Positions 59,901 through 64,000 of a stretch of 64,000 nucleotides of DNA are shown here, in pieces; position 1 is the first letter of the stretch; every line of letters starts with the position of its first letter. The position numbers were made by a program, and so were the translations under genes. The stretch is from Anthoceros angustus (taxonomy: Eukaryota; Plantae; Anthocerotophyta): the NCBI GenBank assembly GCA_010909165.1, contig MU008188.1, positions 434,001-498,000 of the forward strand, in the 5' to 3' direction. The notes beneath the pieces are model-generated. The model was not told the origin of the DNA and searched no databases. It was given only the letters and a program-made list of their open reading frames with translations.

Positions 59901-61180
59901 AATAAAGGATGTGGAGAATTTGCAAAAGCTGCCGGAGGATTTCAAGAACTTCATATTTGAGATTAACAACTGGAAGAGTCTTGAGGATGAGCAGCGTGCA
60001 ATCGCTGACAAGGATTTGAAAGACGGACTGCACTTGTTCACTGTTCCAGGGTCTGAGAAAGAGTGTTACTATCAAGTGGAAAAAAGAAACATTATGGAGA
60101 TGCGGGGATTCCTTCGGACGCGGGCTTATACCCTTCTGGTTATGGATGTCCCAAGAGGCTTTGACATTGGTCCTATGGATAGTCGGTTGGATGCAGGCAT
60201 GATGAACACAGTTTTCCAAAGCTTCCAGGAGAAGACGACGGCGGAAGAATTCAGGCTCATTGTCATGCACGGAGTGGAAGAAGCTCACCTTGTGAGAGAG
60301 TGCATGCGTGGATTATGTGGCAAGGGTGGAATGGTGTCCTTCGTTTGGGACAAAACAAACATGAGTAATGACAGGGGTGGATTTGAGATGGAGTACATAG
60401 CTTGCTTGGTGTGTGAAGGAAGGCTCGAAGGCAAGGCGGCTATGACGCCCAATATTACGTGAGGGACTTTTAACAATGGACGATCCGTGATTGCACATGA
60501 TAATGGTGAAGAAGCGGTGTACATGTCTCAAGACAAAATGGTGGTGTGCCTACCAAAGACCTCTCGGGTTGATGATGAAATTCATCAAAACATTCTCAAA
60601 GAAGGAGATTGGATTCGGATGGTTGCGCAGAAGTGGGACAACAACACTGGCAGCATTGCTGGACGCAATTCTATTGCAATAGAGGCTGACCTCCGCTGTG
60701 CTGGTTATATCCCACAACGCATACATGGTTTCGAGGTTTTGCCAGATCGAAAGAGGAGCTCACATTCGAGGCCCAGAGAGCAGACAATGGCTAAAGAAGT
60801 TTGTATTAGCGAAAAAATTGTTCGAAAGCTCGTGGTTCCACTTAGTGCAAGAAGGATGAAAACGCAAAGGGGACTTGCTAGAGGAAGGACAACAAACCTC
60901 GGATACTGTGCCACCGGGAGTGGTGGCGACAAGGGCAGGCGACAACGCAGAAGATGATGCCCGGCAGAGACGGCAGCCTTGATGTAGTAGAATTGAACGC
61001 ATGCAACATGGCAGCTTGTTTTAGATTGAAGCCACCCAAGCGCAGATGAGTCTCGATCACCCGCTGAGGATCTTTGTAGAGGAAAGACTATATTCGAGGG
61101 ACGGAAGGGGTTTTGAAAGCGTGATATCGTGGATTTTCTTTCATTACTTGTGTCAAAGCATAGCCGGCAAGGATACTGGG
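56963..61180 (+). CDS. Cargo gene: N-terminal unknown domain + acidic linker + ParB/Srx-like domain + beta-class DNA amino-methyltransferase-like domain (frameshifted as assembled)
   Basis: Start MASGRRS, shared with the paralogue at 62684. GT-AG intron 57670-57763 and an acceptor at 59898. VLGGNHTYAAM (GGNH 58748-58759) and LATDHN. Motif IV-like LLVMDVPRG (60145-60159), FVWDK, YQRP. Motif I EGDWI(L)DGCA(G)SGTTTLAAL-GRNSIAIEAD (60601-60690) appears after repairing 1-nt deletions. The 3' end is approximate. Confidence 0.72.
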
Positions 61181-61355
61181 CAGCGCCAGCCGCCAAGAAG
61201 CCCCTTGTTTTATGAATTGTGAAATATCAATGTTTTTTCCCTTCGTATTTAGCATGGTGTCAGAACGAGGATTCGAATGATTTTGCATTTCCAACGGTCT
61301 TTTTGTGAAGGGGTTTCACAGCGGAAGGGGTTTGTATATTAACCCCTTCCAAGAT

Positions 61356-62684
61356 TATCATGTTTCTGCTCAACCCCTCGCCTCGACCCCATCGCCTCTT
61401 TCCTCGGGATCCAACAACAACACCTCTTCCACTTTGTGGTCGGTGGAAGGGCTCGCGTACTGAAGCTTACCACCGGCCGCCCAACCCCCATCTCCCTGTT
61501 GAAATTGGATAAACCAGTTGGGATCCGGAGTGGGCAAGTCCGGACCTGCTCCACCCTTCATCACACCCGGGGCGCCGGCCGGCCGGCGCCCAAGACCCTG
61601 TTCTGGACTGTAGTCAATGGTTGGGACAACCATTGACGCACCATGCATTGCCAAGCTGGGCAGCATATCTGCATCCCTATCTTTGTCTTGTCCCCCAGAC
61701 ACTTCTTCATCCGAATGGCCGAGCACGTCTAGAATGGGGCCATCTTCCTCATCTGATGGGCCAAGTTCACTCTGGGATCTGGGGCTCCGGACTGTCTGCC
61801 TCTTCAATAATTCTTTGATGGGCTGCTCTCACCCTTCTCATTGATAGCTCCCTCCTGTGATCCACAACTGCCTCGGTAATCTTCCCACAGATAGCCCTGA
61901 TGAGGGCCATTCCGACTAACGGTGGCTGGAAAAGAGAAGAAGCGAAAGTCACGTCAGTCATCGAAGTCTCATGGTTTTGAAAAAGACAGTCATTTGAGAC
62001 AACACAAGAGGCCGCATGCATCACTCGCGAACTCTTGACTAGTGAGCGAGGTGCACATTTCTTGGCATGGAACCCTGAGGTCGAGAACATAAGACTTGTA
62101 TAGATCGGGTCACGGATCATTGCGTTGAACTCATATGGCCCGGTGGTGCAAAAACGTAAACTCGGGCTCCCCTCATTCATATCCATTGTTGCCCAGTTAA
62201 CCAAATTGCTTTTGATTGGGCAAAGCCCCTATACCCCATTATCCGAGTTTCAGGGCGCCCATGCCGCTTTCCGATGCGGATCCTGGACGAGCATCCAATC
62301 CTTCTGCAAAATGAGCGAGGTCAATCGGCCACCCGGTCTGGATGTGCACGCCTCGAAGGTGATTAATTGGGGGTGGCACCGGATGCTTTGAACTTTTTGG
62401 TGCCTTCCCCACCCCTTGCCCGCCAGCAGCCTTTGTTTGGCTAGTCTTCCCTGAAGACATGCTCCCAGATTTTGCCTCCCCAGCCGAGGCTTTATGCCCT
62501 CCCACACCTCCTGGATGTGCAGAGTGCGCTCCCAGATTGCCTTGCGCCCCTACCTCGCTGGTGGCGCCTCCGTAACTTCTTCTCCGGTGTTCGCATGGCC
62601 GCCTTGTTTCCGATTTCTCGCCACGCGGTGGCGCGGGGATCGCCACTACCGCCAGTCCTTCTTGCTCCGCCTCCCGCTCGCCAT
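61356..62684 (-). pseudogene. Upstream half of the interrupted ParB-MTase-family paralogue
   Basis: MASGRRSKK start. GALPNQ..WATMDM, GFHAKKCAPRSL, ALIRAICGKITE and ELGPSDEEDG..DVLGHSDEE are all collinear with the cargo gene at 56963-58200. Confidence 0.75.
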
Positions 62685-62698
62685 CTCTTCGCGGATGC

Positions 62699-64000
62699 CG
62701 ACAACGCAGAAGATGATGAAGCGAAGGCCACAGCGGTGGCAACCGATGTAGTAGAATTGAACGCATGCGCAACATGGCGATTGTTTTAGATTGAAGCCAC
62801 CCAAGCGCGATGAGTCTCGGATCGGTCACTTTGAGGATCTTTGTAGAGGAAAGACTATATTCGAGGGACGGAAGAGGGTTTTGAAAGCGTGATATCGATT
62901 TTCTTTCATTACTTGTGTCAAAGCATAGCAAGGATACTCTGGCGGCGCCCGGCCAGCCGCGGATAAAACCTCTGTTTTATGAATTGTGAAATATCAATGT
63001 TTTTTCCCTTTCGTATTTAGCATGGTCTTTGTTAACGGAGGATTCGCGTATTTTGCATTTCGAGCGGTGTCTTTTTGTGAAGGGGTTTGTTGTGCGGAAG
63101 GGGTTTGTATATTAACCCCTTCCAAGATTATCATGTTTCTGCTCAACCCCTGTCGCATCGCCTCTTTCCTCGGGATCCAACAACAACACCTCTTCCCTTG
63201 GTCGTGGAAGGGCTCTGGCAGTGGCTCTACCGGGCCGTGACCGGCCTAACCCCCATCTCCTGTTGAAATTGGATAAACCGATTGGGATCCGGAGTGCAAG
63301 GCAGAGTGGGACTGCTCCACCCTTCATCACACACGGCGCCGTGGCCCAAGACCAATTGTAGTCAATGGTTGGGACAACCATTGGCGCACCATCATTATTT
63401 GGCGCATCCCTATCTTTGTCTTGTCCCCGGACACTTCTTCATCGAATGGCCGACCACGTCTAGAATGGGGCCATCTTCCTCATCGATGGGCCAAGTTCAC
63501 TCCGGGATCCGGGGCTCCGGGATCGCCTCTTCAATAATTCTTTGATGGGCTGCTCTCACCCTTCTCATTGATAGCTCCCTCCACACAGTCCAGTCGGTAA
63601 TCTTCCCACAGATAGCCCTGATGAGGGCCATTCCGACTAACGGTGGCTGGAAAAGAGAAGAAGCGAAAGTCACGTCAGTCATCGAAGTCTCATGGTTTTG
63701 AAAAAGACAGTCATTTGAGACAACTTACAGTATGCTGTCGCATGCACTCGCGGAACTCTTCGACTAGTGAGCGAAGTGCACATTTCTTGGCATGGAACCC
63801 TCGGAGGCTGAGAACATAAGACTTGTATAGATCAGGGTCCTGGATCATTGCGTTGAACTCATATGGCCTGGTGGTGCAAAACAACGTAAACTCGGGCTCC
63901 CCCTCATTCATCCATGTTATTTACGGATTACCTTGCTCTTTGATTGGGCAAAGCCCCTATACCCCATTATCGAGTTTCGGCAAGGCGTCCATCTGCTTTG
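62699..64000. repeat. Re-copy of about 60938-62240 including a second right TIR (63107-63128)
   Basis: Starts gacaacgcagaagatgatg as at 60939 and stays collinear to the window end with scattered indels. Confidence 0.85.

Larger units (their letters stand above)
47083..61355. mobile_element. TIR DNA transposon carrying a DDD transposase and a ParB/methyltransferase-like cargo gene
   Basis: ATCTTGGAAGGGGTTAATATAC (47083-47104) is the perfect inverse of 61334-61355. TA flanks both ends (47081-82, 61356-57). Removal restores an open frame (EQKHD-S-MLLGG). About 9 kb remains after discounting internal re-copies (my estimate). Confidence 0.78.

Noticed and set aside
56963-61180. Prokaryotic restriction-modification or phage ParB-methylase locus (contamination)
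   Set aside because: The gene has spliceosomal GT-AG introns, lies between eukaryotic-type TIRs among plant retrotransposons, and no restriction endonuclease or operon structure is visible.

Overview
This is eukaryotic land-plant nuclear DNA. Short introns and GC-rich 5' exons suggest a seedless plant such as a hornwort or lycophyte, but that taxonomy is a low-confidence inference. Bases 1-18.3 kb are clean and hold four genes: RBM25 (RRM+PWI splicing factor), PIG-V/GPI18 mannosyltransferase, plastid NADH-GOGAT (GLT1, two GC-AG introns, long C-terminal tail) and a single-exon CLE peptide precursor on the minus strand ending in HVVPSGPNPLHN. An intron-retaining GOGAT fragment follows, flanked by 105-bp direct repeats. 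From about 21 kb the window is a nested transposon cluster: a MULE/SWIM transposase remnant, an uncharacterised Glu/Arg-rich ORF family, a Gypsy-like LTR/gag fragment and two Ty1/Copia elements, one full length with TA...CA LTR ends. This part has many 1-nt indels and overlapping re-copies that look like unpolished long-read assembly. The main candidate novel system is a DNA transposon at 47083-61355 with perfect 22-bp TIRs and a TA target duplication. It carries a DDD-type transposase (IDGMDQ / QLDNxxxENKN / VGHTHDQID) on the minus strand. On the plus strand it carries a divergent, intron-containing gene encoding a ParB/Srx-like GGNH domain plus a beta-class (N4C/N6A-type) DNA amino-methyltransferase-like domain. 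The element has inserted into a paralogue of its own cargo gene, and removing it restores that reading frame. All protein family assignments come from motif recognition by eye; no database searches were run.
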